Below are positions 61,447 to 64,000 of a stretch of 64,000 nt of DNA, one piece after another (position 1 is the stretch's first letter; every line of letters begins with the position of its first letter). The position numbers were made by a program, and so were the translations under genes. The stretch is taken from the NCBI RefSeq assembly GCF_963921235.1, contig NC_086097.1, forward strand, positions 14,508,001 through 14,572,000. Reading direction: 5' to 3'. The notes beneath the pieces were generated by a model that was not told the DNA's origin, made no database searches, and saw nothing but the letters and a program-made list of their open reading frames with translations. The stretch is from Mobula hypostoma (taxonomy: Eukaryota).

Positions 61447-62424
61447 CATCAAAACATAAGGTAAGGTGAGTGAGAACATAACTTCATGCAGTCTCATTAA
61501 AGCACTTTGGTAAGGTATCTTTACTCTTTACCTAAATCCTCTTTCGTGCCTTCCTAATTGTCCACTGCATTTATGTTAATCTTCAGTGTAGAAACACAGG
61601 CGCCTCCACCTGAAACTCAACACACCCCAATCTCTCACCGTTTGCACTGCAGTTCTACCTACTGAAGCGGATAACTCTCACAATTTTCCACACAGCATGC
61701 TGACTGTCATGGTGCTGTTCACTTGAAGTCCTTTAGCATCATCATCACCATTGCTACTCAGTTCCCCTCTTCATTTCATGATGTCAGCAAACTTAGAAAC
61801 TTTCATCCACCTCGGCCTACTCATTGATGTAGATTGTGAATAGCTAGGCCTGTATATTGTTCTTTGCATTAGTCACAGCCTGCTAACCTAACAAGGATCC
61901 ACTTATTCCATTCCGAATCTTTGCTTTTTATCCTCTGTTTTGGTTAATGTCGACACAGTACCCAATGATGATGATCTGTTAATGAATTCTGACTCCACAC
62001 CTAGAGTCATAGAGTCACAGAGCAAAGATACAGGCCCTTCAGCCCATCTAATCCATGCCAAACTATTCCCGTCATCTTTTTGTACCTAGTTCCACAGACC
62101 CGCCAACCTGTAAATTGCTTCAAATTCCATTTGTATTGACCAACTTGCTGAGGCAACGTTTTCTGAAAATCCAAGCACACCACATCCACTGGTTTCCCCC
62201 CCTCACCTATTTCACTGGACACATTCTCAAAATGATTTCCCTGCCATAATTTGTGTCACCTTTGCTCAGTATTAATATTTTCTACGTTCCTGGATATCAG
62301 CTTCTTCACCCTTACTTCTACTCATTTGCCCATCCACTGATGTCAGAGCTACCTTCCAATTTGCAGGAACCATTCCAGAATTCATAGAGTTTTAGAAGAT
62401 GATAACCGGAACATCCCTTTCGCT

Positions 62425-62728
62425 TGGGGCGATACGGTAGCACAGTGGTTAGCACATTGCTTTACAGTGCCTGCAAACTGGGTTCACTTCCCGTCGCTGC
62501 TCGTAAGGAGTTTGTACTTCTCCCCGTGATTGTGTGGGTTTCCTCCGGGTGCTCTGGTTTCCTCCCACAGTCCAAAGACGTACCGTTTGGTAGGTTAACT
62601 GATCATTGTAAATTGTCCTGTGATTAGGCTAGGACTAAACTGAACGACTGCTGGGTGGCGTGGCTCAAAGGGCCAGAAGGGTTAAATCTGCACTGTATCT
62701 CAATAAATAAAATAAATAAAAAATAAAC
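62425..62728 (+). mobile_element. Full-length V-SINE nested in CR1
   Basis: A box tagcacagtggttagc, B box ggttcacttcc, complete V-domain gggtttcctccgggtgctctggtttcctcccacagtccaaagacgtac and (aata)n tail. Confidence 0.9.
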
Positions 62729-64000
62729 ATTCTCTATCTGTAAGGTCTCCTTTTCAAAAACTCTAGAATGCAAGTCATCAGGTACCTGGGATTTATGAGT
62801 TTTCCGATTCTTTAAAGTAGTGTTTGTTTTCTAATACTAATTTCTTTGACTTATTCATTTGAGCTGGACTTTTGCTCACCAGAATTTCTGGGAGACTTTT
62901 TTTTTGCATTTTCTTCCATGGACAGTTAGAACACATTGTTTCATTTCTCTGCCAATTCCTTATTTGATCATAAATTCCCCTGCTTGTAAGGGACCTTTTG
63001 CCTTGTTTCTATTTACAAACTTATGTCTAGAAGCCTTTGCTGTATTTTAAAGAAATCTTGTTAGTTTACTCTAATTTTATTTCTCTTTCTTAATCAATCT
63101 GTGGTTCATCCTTTGCTGCATTCTAATACAGTTTTAATCCTTAAGTTTTTCTGGCAACTTTATGGGCTTTTTTTCCTTTAGATTTAATATCATCTTTAAT
63201 TTCTCCTGCAATCCATGCTTGCACTATTTTCTGTTGTGTCTTTGTGCCTTAAAGGAATGCGTTTACACTGAAAACCGTGTATTATTTCTTGAGAAGTTAG
63301 CCGTTGCCTATCCACTTTAATACTCTTCCCAGACACCAGAAGCTAACATTCCCCAAGCTACCTCCGTGCTTTCCTTTATTTAGATCGGAAACCCTGGTTT
63401 CAGATTGCACTACATCCCTTCAGAACTGAATGTAAAATTCCATCAGATTATGGTCAGTCTGTCCTTGGAAGTCGCTTTACAAGATTATTAATTAAGCCTT
63501 TCCCATTAAACAGTAAAATTGCTTGTTCACCAACACAGTGATTCTGAAATCCACACAGTAACTACTCCAATATTAGAATTTCATTATTAGTACTAATTTG
63601 ATTTTAGATTAATAGTCCCCTCCCCACAAATGTCAAAAATCCTAGAATATTTAGCTGTCACTTTTGGTTACCAGACAGCCATATTTTCTTCAATGGAAAT
63701 TTTCAGTAAAATTAATCAGATCTATTTGACAGCTATCTTTGCGATTAATTCACATACCTTGCTGTAAATTTAGCTATAGATAGATTCAGATATAGTGTCT
63801 TTTTTTATATTTGGCTTTGTAACATTTTTCCACACTCTAATCTCATTCACTGCTCGTCTTTGCTGTTTAATTTGCTTAGCAGGTTTTTTTTTTAAAACTC
63901 CGCTTTCAGCTTTGTTTCGCTTCTTCCTCACTCCGTTCCCACTCCCTTGGCAATTTAAATCCTCCGGCTTGCAGCCGATACTCAGTGATCTGTGCGGCAC

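Larger units (their letters stand above)
60890..64000 (-). mobile_element. Long, heavily decayed CR1-like LINE, interrupted by younger inserts and running off the window end
   Basis: ORF 61190(-) ends FRRARDDFIETYKILR; ORF 62007(-) has VDVVCLDFQK; gtcagcaaactt at 61783 decodes to KFAD; 63930-63965 resembles the CR1 ORF1/ORF2 junction. Confidence 0.75.

Noticed and set aside
63770..64000. Lys-rich 76-aa ORF at the window edge as a host exon
   Set aside because: It lies within the decayed minus-strand CR1, and EDLNCQGSGN resembles the CR1 ORF1/ORF2 junction.

Overview
Repeat-rich eukaryotic DNA with no host exon I can support. The repeats (HE1-type V-SINEs, CR1/HER1-like and Rex1/Babar-like LINE fragments, Penelope-like elements, DeuSINE-like relics) point to a cartilaginous fish, probably a ray; this is an inference. 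The few ORFs with a recognisable product are transposon remnants. The strongest signal is a set of self-cleaving-ribozyme motifs carried by retroelements. (1) A young 5'-truncated Penelope-like element (8635-9655) has a GIY-YIG endonuclease followed by an intact minimal type I hammerhead. (2) About a dozen short decayed copies of that hammerhead-bearing terminus are scattered across the window, some as fold-back pairs. (3) A second family of fold-back elements (1376-1885 with a 13-bp TSD; 14385-14739) has a hammerhead in each arm on opposite strands, with the same arm mutated in both copies. (4) A short RTE-like element (about 51705-51990) starts with a decayed twister-like motif. Several repeat-free, TAAT-rich blocks look like conserved non-coding enhancers, which suggests a gene desert or large intron; this needs alignment to confirm. 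Repeat family names come from recalled motif similarity, not a database search, and boundaries of old repeats are approximate.
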